A stretch of 64,000 nt of DNA from an uncultured Robinsoniella sp. GTDB taxonomy: Bacteria > Bacillota > Clostridia > Lachnospirales > Lachnospiraceae. Every line of letters starts with the position of its first letter. The stretch's first letter is position 1. Below, piece by piece: positions 10,501 through 19,786 of the stretch. The notes under the pieces were generated by a model that saw only the letters and a program-made list of their open reading frames with translations, searched no databases and had not been told where the DNA came from. The DNA lies in NCBI RefSeq assembly GCF_900540475.1, contig NZ_UQGG01000003.1, one strand, 5' to 3'. Both the position numbers and the translations under genes were made by a program.

Positions 10501-10617
10501 GGTTTTTCTCTGGAAACTGTAACGACAAAAGGACTGCGGCTGGTGATGACGGTAGCAGAGGATAAGCGGGCAATTGGGATTTACCGCTGGAAAGTGAGTG
10601 AGCACGATACGAAATGA
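7531..10617 (+). CDS. Secreted paralog of the upstream GH127/GH146 enzyme with degenerate active site (LamG + pseudo-GH + C-terminal discoidin/CBM-like domain)
   Basis: Colinear similarity with 2006..7411 (YQRIWD, GLLRG, SPEQF, YMEYYE, MYGPFVMV, WENLNG, GKGWGNW, IGIYRW). The ETC, CC and HANQHIP motifs are absent. The ORF is intact, has a signal peptide, and its stop overlaps the kinase start. Confidence 0.8.
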   Translation: MVIVGGIHIKKKRFLAGCVILLFLAVLWDSTAVQAKDREMKGQILYYNFKDPKSAVVEDVSGRGNDGLIRNYRDDGVGISTEVINSVQVNALDLPGGTTGAYLELPSDILEGETEITVSTWVNLRSSAYYQRIWDFGNNQSSYLYLLSNGNNSGFKGYATAITNQGWTRECGVEKGSDFPRNTWVFTTVTIKENRITLYEDGAVIGEAVSQAGLSDLGGTRHNYFGKGQFTDEHLNGLLAEIAIYNYAMDENQVKALFERGLEDQAVLPENCEDADRLLYSYRQNYEVDTKGAAPLTGWENPAGLLRGMAAGEWLSNLSHHYQESREDALLEKASYMVRELRSLQLLSEGMGWGRGYLGADSPEQFTLLENGGSYPDTGAPFAVCGSLLNGLLDTYEAFGSQEALGTAESLGKWITERSSNYTQEQKKAMWSQDVSGDTRALGGGLARLARIKKEDDFLKSAWNFVHMEWYTAMKEGRDRMNLLSVQAAVSQAETLLEISRTDPAAADAAKGAENFWNMAVTKYSSAAGMTGVDGRFRNEEQKIENTVLERERNKRICRRMLELTWKLHRIQPDNPDYMEYYENLLCNQLLEDEEYKNLDLMRTFEVKDHTVTVNLYRTGEKKLSQQGLNMSMKADIYSEEAVLKVESLDGKKDTALQIRFRVPSWCGENMQILVNGKERKAAKEQGFLVITDISAGDEIRLHLPFSCYLKPGNSEGAAAVMYGPFVMVSETDIFKDTLILTKKVTDMAERSASCMPALTINEIQFIPYAASAYSDRKIYYQILYTENPVVKWYEVRMEEESVNGGSIRADKELVFENEQVTIYTNPREGYVLENLMVNAKEVKAGEDGSYQIDKVTEDLTVSASFTEKNPLTVKSGSLEQNAQLSAHYTASWENLNGVKDSGFHPASSNEGMGKGWGNWQQQAGSSCWITYNWIEPVTIGACEIYWYDDADDTGAPSDFQVEYLDGKGEWCRAVMKTDAGKLLKKDQYNGFSLETVTTKGLRLVMTVAEDKRAIGIYRWKVSEHDTK

Positions 10618-12425
10618 AAAAATGGAGAATCAGGTCCTGGTTTTATAATCGGAAAATCTGGCAGAAACTGATGATCACCTTTGTGCTTGCGGTGCTGCTG
10701 CCAATCAGTATTTCCTGGTATGTCATGATGAACATGAACCAAAAGCAGATGGAGAATAAGATCCGGGAATTAATGGCGAGCCAGCTGGTACAGATTTCAG
10801 AAAGGGTAGATCTGACCCTGGAAATCTACATGAACCTGGTTTACCAGATGAACGTGGACAGCCGTCTGATTGATGAAATCAACGGGTTGAAAAGCAAGGA
10901 CTTAAACAAACAGGTGGAGAGCCGCCATAATATTTACAGGCGGCTGCAGGAATACAACAATTCCGTAGGAGGAATCCGGTGTATCAGTGTCATTACGGCG
11001 AGCGGTACGGATGTGACCTATGACTGGGGGACAGCCTCTGTCCGGGAGAATATCTGGAAGGATTATGTGGATCTGCGGGAAACCACTGCCTATAAAAAGG
11101 CGCAGGAAACTACCGGCATTGCGATTTTACCCACAGATGTCATGGAACAGAACGGAGAAGAGCTTCCGGTATTTCAGATCGCAAAAGCGATTTACGACCT
11201 GGATGAACTGGAAAGGGAACCCATCGCAGCCATTGTTATGATACTGGATGAAAGTATTCTGAAAAAACTCTGTGAAAATGACAGGGAGATTGCCTGGAGC
11301 GGAATTAATTTTATTCTGGACGGACAAAACAATATCATAACTTACCCCAATTCCTTTTTTGCCGGAACTGCGCTGGATGCAGATCAGAATATTACAGATT
11401 TTGTCCGTATGACAGGGGAAATGGATGATAAAAAAATAGGGATCAGTACCGTAAAGGATTCAAAGACAGATTGGGTTTATTATAACGCGTATGATTTAGA
11501 GAAAATGCTGGCTGAGATTAACGATTCCAGAAGGAATGCATTGATCCTGGTGGGACTTCTGATTTTATCGGCATTTATCCTGATCTCAGGTACGGTCCGC
11601 AACATAGGGGCATCGGTAAAGACAATTATAACCGGAATCCAGGCGGTAAAGGGCGGTGACCTTCAGACGGCGATTCATTTAGAGTATCAGGATGAACTGG
11701 GAGAAATCGCCGGAAATTTTAATGATATGACAAAACGGGTTTTTGCTCTGATCGGGGAGGTAAAAGGGGTGACGGAAAAGCGGAAAAATGCGGAGATCCG
11801 GGCATTAGAAGCACAGATAAACCCCCATTTTTTATATAATACCCTGGACTCCATCAACTGGCTGGCAATCAGCCGGGGAGAGGACGAGATCAGTGAAATG
11901 CTGAGAAACCTTGGCATAATTCTTCGCTATAGTGTCAATAAAAGCAATATCGAGGCAAGTATCCCGGAAGTGGCGGACTGGATTGAGAAATACATCAGCC
12001 TCCAGCAGATGCGGTTTGACCATGCATTTGAATTTCAGCTGACGGTACAGGAAGTGTGTAAAGCGTACAAAATCAAGAAACTGCTGATACAGCCGTTTAT
12101 CGAAAATGCCCTGATCCACGGGTTTAAAGGGATCGAAGAGGGGGGCATGCTGCGGGTGGATATCTCGCTGACAGAAGAGGAAAAGCACATTTGTGTCATT
12201 ATTGAAGATAATGGAAACGGGCTTGATCAGGAATTGGTGGATAAGTATAATGACCGTTCTGCGGCAGTGGAGGAGGATCTGGAAAAGATCGGTTTAAACA
12301 ATGTGTTTTCCAGGATAGAGATGTATTACGGAAAAGCTGCCGACTGGAATGTAATCAGCATACCGGATATTGGCACCATCATTACCCTGCGTTTTCCGGC
12401 GAATAGAATAGAGGTAGAGATATGA
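10614..12425 (+). CDS. YesM/LytS-type sensor histidine kinase
   Basis: Two TM segments flank a Cache-like extracellular region, followed by HAMP (DELGEIAGNFNDM), LEAQINPHFLYNTL, QPFIENA, IEDNGNG and IGLNNV. Confidence 0.93.
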   Translation: MKKWRIRSWFYNRKIWQKLMITFVLAVLLPISISWYVMMNMNQKQMENKIRELMASQLVQISERVDLTLEIYMNLVYQMNVDSRLIDEINGLKSKDLNKQVESRHNIYRRLQEYNNSVGGIRCISVITASGTDVTYDWGTASVRENIWKDYVDLRETTAYKKAQETTGIAILPTDVMEQNGEELPVFQIAKAIYDLDELEREPIAAIVMILDESILKKLCENDREIAWSGINFILDGQNNIITYPNSFFAGTALDADQNITDFVRMTGEMDDKKIGISTVKDSKTDWVYYNAYDLEKMLAEINDSRRNALILVGLLILSAFILISGTVRNIGASVKTIITGIQAVKGGDLQTAIHLEYQDELGEIAGNFNDMTKRVFALIGEVKGVTEKRKNAEIRALEAQINPHFLYNTLDSINWLAISRGEDEISEMLRNLGIILRYSVNKSNIEASIPEVADWIEKYISLQQMRFDHAFEFQLTVQEVCKAYKIKKLLIQPFIENALIHGFKGIEEGGMLRVDISLTEEEKHICVIIEDNGNGLDQELVDKYNDRSAAVEEDLEKIGLNNVFSRIEMYYGKAADWNVISIPDIGTIITLRFPANRIEVEI

Positions 12426-13927
12426 GGATTGTGATTGTAGAAGATGAGAAGAAAGTACGGGAGGGAATGGCCGCCATGATCGCCAGCCATACCAGCCATA
12501 CTGTAGCAGCGGAAGCCGCAAATGGAAATGACGGCCTGGAGAAAATTATAAAGCTCAGACCGGATCTTGTGATAACGGATATCCGCATGCCTGTCCTGGA
12601 TGGACTGGAGATGATCCGGGAACTGAGAAAGAAGAATTTGACCTGCCATATCATCGTTTTAAGCGGATATTCTGAATTTGAATATGCGAAGAAAGCCATT
12701 ACCTACGGCGTAGACGAATATCTGTTGAAGCCTTTGACGTCCTCTGACATACAGCATGCGTTATGCAAAATAGAAGAAAAGATGGAACAGGAATTGCTGG
12801 CATTGAAAGGAACCCCGGAGAGCTGTCTGCGGGATATTATTGAGGGGAGCCCCGAACCGGATCTGATGGAAATCTTCGGGTTTGAGAAAAATATGAAATT
12901 CCTGATGGCTGCCGGCTATTTAGGAAGTATGTCCAAAGAATATGAGGACCGGGTGCAGGAATTTTTTCAATACAGCAAAGTAAACGATTTAAACTTACAT
13001 ATTTCCGGCTGCTATCAGGGGAACAGCAGGATTTTCTATGCACTGGCGGGAGGTTTTGAGCATTTAGAAGAATACCAGGAAGAGATTTACCGGAAATTGG
13101 TGCGGGAATACCAGGGGAAAGGCAGACATCCGCTGTGGGCGTGCGTTCAGTTTTCGGACAGCGGAGAGATCAGCCGGTGTGCAGAAGCATTAAAGGGTTA
13201 TCTGGACTATGGGGTTACGGCTTGTGGTTTTCCGGGATGGTACGATGAGGAGTACGTAAAGAACTGCAAATGGGAACCGTTTAAAACTCCGGTTAAGATT
13301 CTCAGTAAAATAAAGTCGGATATCTGTCAGGAACAAATGGAAGAAGCAGGTAAGAATTTAGACCGGTTCACGGAATATCTGCAGGAGCATTCCTTTCGAA
13401 AAGAGGAGGTCCGCCAATCCATGATCCGGTGTTATTTTATGGTGTCCGGTCTGCTGCAGGATCTGGATAAAAAGCGTTTTCAAAAACTTCAGAGCTATAG
13501 TCTGGAGCATACCTTAAACCAGATCTTAACCTGGGAAGAAATGAAACAGAATTTTGGCAGGATCCGGGAGGTCCTGGTACAGGGCAAAGCAAGAAGGCAG
13601 GATATCAGCAATTATATAATTGTGAAAGTCCTTAACTATATACAGGAACACTACCGGGAAAAAATAGTTTTAGACGAGGTGGCGGTGCAGATGGGACTGA
13701 CGCCGGAATATTTAAGTACGCTGTTTAACCGGGAGGTAAAAGAGAATTTCACCGTATTTTTAAAGAAATTCCGCATAGATCATGCCAAACGTCTTCTGAC
13801 CGGAACGGATAAGAAAATCTATGAGGTGGCACAGGAGGTGGGATACAGCGATGCAAAATATTTTATCAAGGTATTTAAAGAAGAAGAAGGAATATCTCCG
13901 GGAGATTATCGTGAAATGCAGCATTAG
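12422..13927 (+). CDS. YesN-like response regulator (REC + AraC HTH)
   Basis: VEDE, ITDIRMP and YLLKP receiver motifs. C-terminal AraC HTH (YLSTLF...VGYSDAKYFIKVFK). Confidence 0.93.
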   Translation: MRIVIVEDEKKVREGMAAMIASHTSHTVAAEAANGNDGLEKIIKLRPDLVITDIRMPVLDGLEMIRELRKKNLTCHIIVLSGYSEFEYAKKAITYGVDEYLLKPLTSSDIQHALCKIEEKMEQELLALKGTPESCLRDIIEGSPEPDLMEIFGFEKNMKFLMAAGYLGSMSKEYEDRVQEFFQYSKVNDLNLHISGCYQGNSRIFYALAGGFEHLEEYQEEIYRKLVREYQGKGRHPLWACVQFSDSGEISRCAEALKGYLDYGVTACGFPGWYDEEYVKNCKWEPFKTPVKILSKIKSDICQEQMEEAGKNLDRFTEYLQEHSFRKEEVRQSMIRCYFMVSGLLQDLDKKRFQKLQSYSLEHTLNQILTWEEMKQNFGRIREVLVQGKARRQDISNYIIVKVLNYIQEHYREKIVLDEVAVQMGLTPEYLSTLFNREVKENFTVFLKKFRIDHAKRLLTGTDKKIYEVAQEVGYSDAKYFIKVFKEEEGISPGDYREMQH

Positions 13928-15098
13928 CATCGCAGGATTGTGCATGGCAGGCATGCTGTGGGGGTGCAGCAGTGAGAAAAGTACCATAGCGGACACAGCT
14001 GCCCGGGAGGATGGGAAAGAATCGCTTGTTTTGTGGTCCTATTATGAAACTAAGGAGCAGCAGGAGAGCCTGGACCGTCTCATCCATGATTTTAATACCT
14101 CCCAGGGGCGTTACCGGATGACCTGGGAATATCATGGACCTGTGATTGAGTTCAACAAAAAGCTTGCCCTAGCCCTGACGGAAAAGGAAATGCCGGATCT
14201 GATCATTGCAGACCAGTCCAACATGCAGGCGTACATCAGAAAAGGACTGTTAGAAGATATCACTTCTTATGTCCTGTATTCCCAAAAAGAGGAGGAGTAC
14301 TTTGCGTCCGCCCTTGGATCTGTAAAAAGTCAGGATCGTTATTATGGAATGCCTTTTTGCTGCAGTACCGCCGCATTGTTCTATAACAAAGAGTATCTGG
14401 AAAAAGCAGGTATCGAGGCACCGGAAAATCTCCACGAATTCGTTCTTGCGGCAAAGGTACTGTCTGAGGGAGAAACCTATGGATTTGGAATGCCGGCAGC
14501 CAGCGGAAGCCAGTCCGCCTCTTCGGTTCTGCCCTGGGTCATTTCAGCCGGGGACAGTAAAAACATATTGGAATGTGACGAGACCCAAAATTTCTTTGGC
14601 GTCATCCGGGAACTGGTACAATCCGCTTCCATGCCAAAAGAATGCATTAACTGGTCCAACAACGATGTGGCACGCAGCTTTCTGGCTGGTGAAATTGCCA
14701 TGATGGAAAACAGTATGGATGTACTTCCGCTTTTGGAAAAAAGCAATATTTCCGCAGGCGTTATAAAATTACCCACAGGCGGAGGCGGCAATCCCATGGC
14801 TGGCGGTGAAAATCTGGGAATACTGAAAGGAAAGAATAAAAACGCAGCGCTGGCATTTTTGGACTTTTATCTGGATGACCAGGTGATGGAGCAGATCTGT
14901 GGACCCCAGTTTGGTCTTGCACCCAAAAAAGAACTTGCGAGAAAACAGGCGGAGAAAGATTCAAAGTATAAGGTATTTGAAGAAGAGCTGGAGAACAGTG
15001 TCAGCATGGACAATTATGCCCAATGGTCTGCAGTGTCAGAAAAACTGTCCGAGGTTCTGGTAGATACTATTTTAGAAAAACAAAAAGCAGGGGGATGA
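13911..15098 (+). CDS. Sugar ABC-type solute-binding lipoprotein (no cognate permease in its operon)
   Basis: GTG start after GGAG and lipobox MLWGC. Motifs MPDLII, YGMPF..ALFYNK and FLAGEIAMM. The ORF-track start at 13821 lies deep inside the regulator gene. Confidence 0.85.
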   Translation: MKCSISIAGLCMAGMLWGCSSEKSTIADTAAREDGKESLVLWSYYETKEQQESLDRLIHDFNTSQGRYRMTWEYHGPVIEFNKKLALALTEKEMPDLIIADQSNMQAYIRKGLLEDITSYVLYSQKEEEYFASALGSVKSQDRYYGMPFCCSTAALFYNKEYLEKAGIEAPENLHEFVLAAKVLSEGETYGFGMPAASGSQSASSVLPWVISAGDSKNILECDETQNFFGVIRELVQSASMPKECINWSNNDVARSFLAGEIAMMENSMDVLPLLEKSNISAGVIKLPTGGGGNPMAGGENLGILKGKNKNAALAFLDFYLDDQVMEQICGPQFGLAPKKELARKQAEKDSKYKVFEEELENSVSMDNYAQWSAVSEKLSEVLVDTILEKQKAGG

Positions 15099-15158
15099 AG
15101 GAATACCAGAATTTTATCTTCTTTATACTGATAAAATTCTGGCATTCCTTATTTTTTT
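15098..15158 (+). terminator. Rho-independent terminator ending the sensing operon
   Basis: AAGGAATACCAGAATTTTATC / GATAAAATTCTGGCATTCCTT followed by a T-run. Confidence 0.8.
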
Positions 15159-15228
15159 ATGCTATATTAAAAGATAGTGGGATTTTCTGTCCCAAAATGT
15201 AAAAATAAAGAATGAGGTATCTATAGAG

Positions 15229-16182
15229 ATGAAATGGAATAAATTTACGTTAAAAACCCTGACAGAAGCAGAAGATATTGTCATATCTGCTTTGGCTGAC
15301 GCTGGTGTGGAAGGGGTTGAAATTGAAGACAAAGTGCCCCTTACGGAATCTGACAAGCAGCAGATGTTTGTGGATATCCTTCCTGACGGACCGGAGGATG
15401 ATGGGATCGCCTATTTAAGTTTTTATCTGGAAGAAGATGTGGATAAGGAAGAGATGTTAAAAAATGTCCGCAGGGAATTAGAAGAACTCCGTACCTTTAT
15501 GGATATCGGAGAAGGAACCATTGTGGAGAGCCAGACAGAAGATAAGGACTGGATCAACAACTGGAAACAGTATTTCCATCAGTTCTATGTGGATGATATT
15601 CTCATCATACCTTCCTGGGAAGAAGTAAAGGAAGGCGATGAAGATAAAATGATTATCCATATCGATCCAGGAACGGCATTCGGAACCGGTATGCATGAAA
15701 CTACACAGCTGTGTATGCGGCAATTAAAAAAATATGTAAATGCTGATACACAAATCCTGGATGTGGGAACCGGAAGCGGAATCCTGTCCATTGTTGCCAT
15801 AAAGCTTGGCGCCAAACATGCGGTGGGAACGGATCTGGATCCATGTGCGATCAGTGCCACCAAAGAAAACCTGGAAGTCAATGAAATTGCACCGGAAAAG
15901 ATGGATGTAATGATCGGAAACATTATCGATGATAAGAAGATCCAGGATCAGGTGGGATATGAAAAATATGACATTGTGGCAGCGAACATTCTGGCAGATG
16001 TGCTGGTTCCGCTGACGCCGGTTATCATAAATCAGATGAAGAAGGGCGGCATTTATATCACATCCGGCATTATAGATGAAAAAGAGGATTGTGTGGTAGA
16101 AGCAGTCAAAGCAGCAGGACTGGAAGTGTTGGAAGTGACACACCAGGGCGAGTGGGTATCTGTAACAGCAAGAAAGAACTAG
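15229..16182 (+). CDS. prmA: Ribosomal protein L11 methyltransferase
   Basis: DWINNWKQYF, IDPGTAFGTGMHETT, LDVGTGSGILSI and VAANILA motifs. Confidence 0.95.
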   Translation: MKWNKFTLKTLTEAEDIVISALADAGVEGVEIEDKVPLTESDKQQMFVDILPDGPEDDGIAYLSFYLEEDVDKEEMLKNVRRELEELRTFMDIGEGTIVESQTEDKDWINNWKQYFHQFYVDDILIIPSWEEVKEGDEDKMIIHIDPGTAFGTGMHETTQLCMRQLKKYVNADTQILDVGTGSGILSIVAIKLGAKHAVGTDLDPCAISATKENLEVNEIAPEKMDVMIGNIIDDKKIQDQVGYEKYDIVAANILADVLVPLTPVIINQMKKGGIYITSGIIDEKEDCVVEAVKAAGLEVLEVTHQGEWVSVTARKN

Positions 16183-16190
16183 GTGGATTC

Positions 16191-16931
16191 ATGTATCATT
16201 TTTTTGTGTCTCCCGATCAGATTGGAGAAAAAGAAATTGTTATAACAGGTGAGGATGTAAATCATATCAAAAATGTACTCCGTATGAATACCGGAGAACA
16301 GGTCAGTATCAGCAGCGGACAGGACAATAAGGAATACCGGTGCGAAATTACAGGATTTGACATCAATGAAGTCCGGACAATGATTATGTGGGTGGAAGAA
16401 GCCGGCATGGAACTCTCTTCTAAAATCTATCTTTTTCAGGGTCTGCCTAAGAATGACAAAATGGAACTTATCATACAGAAAGCAGTGGAACTTGGGGTTT
16501 ATGAAATTATCCCGGTGGCAACCAGACGGGCTGTTGTAAAGCTGGATGCCAAAAAAGAAGAAGCGAAGAGAAAGCGTTGGAACAGCATTTCCACAAGCGC
16601 TGCAAAGCAGTCAAAACGCACCGTAGTACCGGCAGTGACAAAGGTGATGGGGTTTAAAGAGGCGGTCAGCTATGCAGAAGAACTGGATATCAAACTGATT
16701 CCCTATGAACTGGCATCGGGAATGGGGAAGACAAAAGAGGTCATTGGCAATATCCAAAAGGGCCAGTCCATAGGAGTCTTTATCGGTCCCGAAGGTGGAT
16801 TTGATGAATCAGAAGTAGAAGCTGCAAGAGAGGCAGGGGCGGTGCCTATTACGCTTGGAAAACGCATTTTAAGAACGGAAACAGCCGGTATGACAGTTTT
16901 GTCAATACTGATGTTTACGCTGGAGGACTAG
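16191..16931 (+). CDS. rsmE: 16S rRNA m3U1498 methyltransferase
   Basis: HIKNVLRM, KAVELGV, IGPEGGF and LGKRILRTETA motifs. Follows prmA, with an AGGTGG RBS. Confidence 0.95.
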   Translation: MYHFFVSPDQIGEKEIVITGEDVNHIKNVLRMNTGEQVSISSGQDNKEYRCEITGFDINEVRTMIMWVEEAGMELSSKIYLFQGLPKNDKMELIIQKAVELGVYEIIPVATRRAVVKLDAKKEEAKRKRWNSISTSAAKQSKRTVVPAVTKVMGFKEAVSYAEELDIKLIPYELASGMGKTKEVIGNIQKGQSIGVFIGPEGGFDESEVEAAREAGAVPITLGKRILRTETAGMTVLSILMFTLED

Positions 16932-16967
16932 TACCGCAGATCTATTTGCGGTATGCAGGAGGTATAT

Positions 16968-18125
16968 ATGGAAGCATATTTAGATAATTCGGCTACCACC
17001 AGATGCCTGGAAAGTGTAAAAGACATTGTGGTTAAAACCATGATGGAGGATTATGGGAATCCGTCATCCAAGCATCTGCGGGGAGTTAAAGCTGAGCAGT
17101 ATTTAAAAGAAAGCAGAGAAGTCATTGCGAAAACAATGAAGGTAAATGAAAAAGAGATATTCTTTACCTCCGGGGGAACGGAATCCAATAACTGGGCAGT
17201 CATTGGAGCGGCAATGGCGAATAAACGCGCCGGAATGCATGTAATTACTACGGCGATTGAGCATCCGGCAGTGATTCAGCCCATGCAGTTTCTGGCGGAA
17301 CAGGGCTTTCGGGTAAGTTACATTCCTGTGGGCAGAGACGGGAAAGCAGATCTGGATGCGCTTGAAAATGCCATCTGTGATGAAACTATCCTGATTTCCG
17401 CCATGTATGTTAACAATGAAGTAGGGGCGGTCCAGCCATTAGAAGAAATAGCCGCTTTGATTAAAAAGAAGAGGCCCGGCATACTTTTTCATGTGGATGC
17501 CATCCAGGCATATGGGAAGTACCGCATCCTCCCCAAAAAGATGGGAATTGACATGCTGTCGGTAAGTGCCCATAAAATCCATGGACCAAAAGGCGTGGGC
17601 TTTTTATATGTAAATGAAAAAGTGAAGATAAAACCCCTTATTCTGGGAGGCGGACAGCAAAAAGGAATGCGTTCCGGTACGGATAATGTACCAGGGATTG
17701 CCGGACTTGGTATGGCTGCAAAAGAGGCATATACAGGCTTTGAAGAAAAGATCAGCCATTTATACCGGATCAAAGAGTTGTTTGTCAAAGGAGTCAGCGA
17801 AATACCGGACACCGTAATCAACAGTCCGGATGGTGTACTTGGCGCTCCCCAGATTGTAAGCGTAAGCTTCCTGGGAATTCGAAGTGAGGTGCTGCTTCAT
17901 GCGCTGGAGGAAAAGGAAATCTATGTATCTTCCGGTTCCGCATGTTCATCCAATAAGAAGCTGCCCATCAGTACTGTATTAAAAGAAATCGGTCTGGAAA
18001 AAGATCTGTTAGAAACAACGGTGCGGTTTAGCTTCAGCCATTTTACTACGGAGGAAGAAATTGCATATTGTCTGGAAGAGTTAAAGAAGATCGTGCCTGT
18101 GCTAAGGAAGTATTCCAGGCATTAG
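16968..18125 (+). CDS. iscS: Cysteine desulfurase (IscS/NifZ-like, ThiI partner)
   Basis: YLDNSATT, FTSGGTESNN, SAHKIHGPKG and SSGSACSS motifs. Adjacent to thiI. Confidence 0.9.
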   Translation: MEAYLDNSATTRCLESVKDIVVKTMMEDYGNPSSKHLRGVKAEQYLKESREVIAKTMKVNEKEIFFTSGGTESNNWAVIGAAMANKRAGMHVITTAIEHPAVIQPMQFLAEQGFRVSYIPVGRDGKADLDALENAICDETILISAMYVNNEVGAVQPLEEIAALIKKKRPGILFHVDAIQAYGKYRILPKKMGIDMLSVSAHKIHGPKGVGFLYVNEKVKIKPLILGGGQQKGMRSGTDNVPGIAGLGMAAKEAYTGFEEKISHLYRIKELFVKGVSEIPDTVINSPDGVLGAPQIVSVSFLGIRSEVLLHALEEKEIYVSSGSACSSNKKLPISTVLKEIGLEKDLLETTVRFSFSHFTTEEEIAYCLEELKKIVPVLRKYSRH

Positions 18126-18228
18126 TGTCTGGTTGAAATTTATTCCTGTCATCTGTACGCCTCTTGAGGCACAGGGGTAAGAGCGTAATGTACAAGAGTT
18201 TTATATTAAGTTATAGATTGGAGAAAAG

Positions 18229-19407
18229 ATGTTTAAAGCATTTTTAATAAAATACGGAGAAATAGGAATCAAGGGTAAGAACCGCTATTTATTTGAAGAC
18301 GCACTGGTAAAACAAATCCGCCATGCGTTAAAAGAAGTAGAAGGCGAGTTTCTGACTCATAAAGAACAGGGAAGAATCTATGTGGACTGTCTGAGTGCAT
18401 TTGACTTTGAAGAAACAGTAGAAGCACTGCAGCGGGTATTTGGAATAGTCGGTATCTGCCCGGTAGTGAAGATAGACGACGAAGGATTCGACAGTCTTGC
18501 AAGTGATGTGATTGATTATGTAACTCAGGTTCACCCCGGAAATAACCAGAGCTTTAAAGTAAATGCCAGAAGAGCGCGCAAGAACTATCCCATGACATCC
18601 ATGGAGTTAAACTGTGACCTGGGAGAACGGATTCTGGAAGCATTTGACGGTATGAAAGTAGATGTTCATAAACCGGAGATCCTGCTGAATGTGGAAATCC
18701 GTGAAAAAATCTACATTTATTCTAGAATTATACCGGGACCTGGCGGTATGCCGGTAGGTACCAACGGCAAAGCAATGCTGCTTTTATCCGGCGGAATTGA
18801 CAGTCCGGTTGCAGGTTATATGATTTCCAAAAGGGGCGTAAAGATAGATGCGGTATATTTCCACGCACCGCCTTATACAAGTGAACGTGCCAAACAAAAG
18901 GTTGTAGATCTGGCGAAACTGGTATCCAGGTATTCGGGACCGATTAATCTGCATGTGGTAAACTTTACGGATATCCAGCTGTATATTTATGACAAGTGCC
19001 CCCATGAAGAACTGACCATCATTATGCGCCGCTATATGATGCGCATTGCAGAGCATTTTGCAAAAGAGACCGGGAGCCTTGGGCTGATTACCGGAGAGAG
19101 TATCGGACAGGTGGCAAGCCAGACAATGCAGAGCCTTGCAGCTACCAACGAAGTGTGTACCCTCCCTGTTTTCCGTCCGGTGATCGGATTTGACAAACAG
19201 GAAATCGTGGATGTCTCTCTGAAAATCGGAACTTATGAGACTTCCATTCTTCCGTTTGAAGACTGCTGTACCATCTTCGTTGCCAAACATCCGGTTACGA
19301 AACCGAATATTAATATTATCAAACGTTCCGAAACCAGTCTGGAAGAAAAAATAGAAGAATTAATGAAAACTGCAATCGAAACAACGGAAACAATCTGGGT
19401 GGAATAG
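18229..19407 (+). CDS. thiI: tRNA 4-thiouridine synthase
   Basis: KYGEIGIKGKNR, THUMP region, PP-loop LLSGGIDSPVA and TGESIGQVASQT. Confidence 0.95.
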   Translation: MFKAFLIKYGEIGIKGKNRYLFEDALVKQIRHALKEVEGEFLTHKEQGRIYVDCLSAFDFEETVEALQRVFGIVGICPVVKIDDEGFDSLASDVIDYVTQVHPGNNQSFKVNARRARKNYPMTSMELNCDLGERILEAFDGMKVDVHKPEILLNVEIREKIYIYSRIIPGPGGMPVGTNGKAMLLLSGGIDSPVAGYMISKRGVKIDAVYFHAPPYTSERAKQKVVDLAKLVSRYSGPINLHVVNFTDIQLYIYDKCPHEELTIIMRRYMMRIAEHFAKETGSLGLITGESIGQVASQTMQSLAATNEVCTLPVFRPVIGFDKQEIVDVSLKIGTYETSILPFEDCCTIFVAKHPVTKPNINIIKRSETSLEEKIEELMKTAIETTETIWVE

Positions 19408-19415
19408 GATATATT

Positions 19416-19489
19416 AAGGCCTGTTGAAAATTGCTTTCTGACAGATGTGTGTCATGCATCTTGCAGAAAGCATTTTTCAGACATGAGTA
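19416..19489. repeat. Short palindromic element related to the 25690-25854 element (may act as a bidirectional terminator)
   Basis: Shares TGAAAA(A/T)TGCTTTCTGACAG(C/A)TGTG with the 25.7-kb element and folds back via GCAGAAAGCATTTTTCA. Lies between convergent genes. Confidence 0.6.
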
Positions 19490-19555
19490 TGGATGCAATA
19501 AAAAAAGACAAACCGAAAATCGATTTGCCTTTGTACTTCGTTTAATCTTATGAGA

Positions 19556-19786
19556 TTAGATGATGTATGGTTTTAAAGCAGCTAAAATGCTGTCAACATC
19601 ATCTTCAGCATGGATATTTAAGTCGATCGGTTTAGATAAATCTAAACTGAAGATACCCATGATAGATTTTGCGTCGATAACGTATCTTCCTGATACAAGA
19701 TCAAAATCATAATCAAATTTTGTAATATCATTTACAAATGATTTTACTTTATCGATGGAATTTAAAGAAATCTGTACTGTCTTCAT
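19556..19786 (-). CDS. HPr-family protein lacking the catalytic His15 region
   Basis: 76 aa with the VIDAKSIMGIFSL (Ser46) motif and no GLHARP motif. RBS GGGAGG. Confidence 0.85.
   Translation of the reverse strand: MKTVQISLNSIDKVKSFVNDITKFDYDFDLVSGRYVIDAKSIMGIFSLDLSKPIDLNIHAEDDVDSILAALKPYII

Noticed and set aside
13821..13910. N-terminal extension of the solute-binding protein
   Set aside because: It overlaps the regulator's HTH coding region. GTG 13911 has an SD and gives a normal lipoprotein signal.
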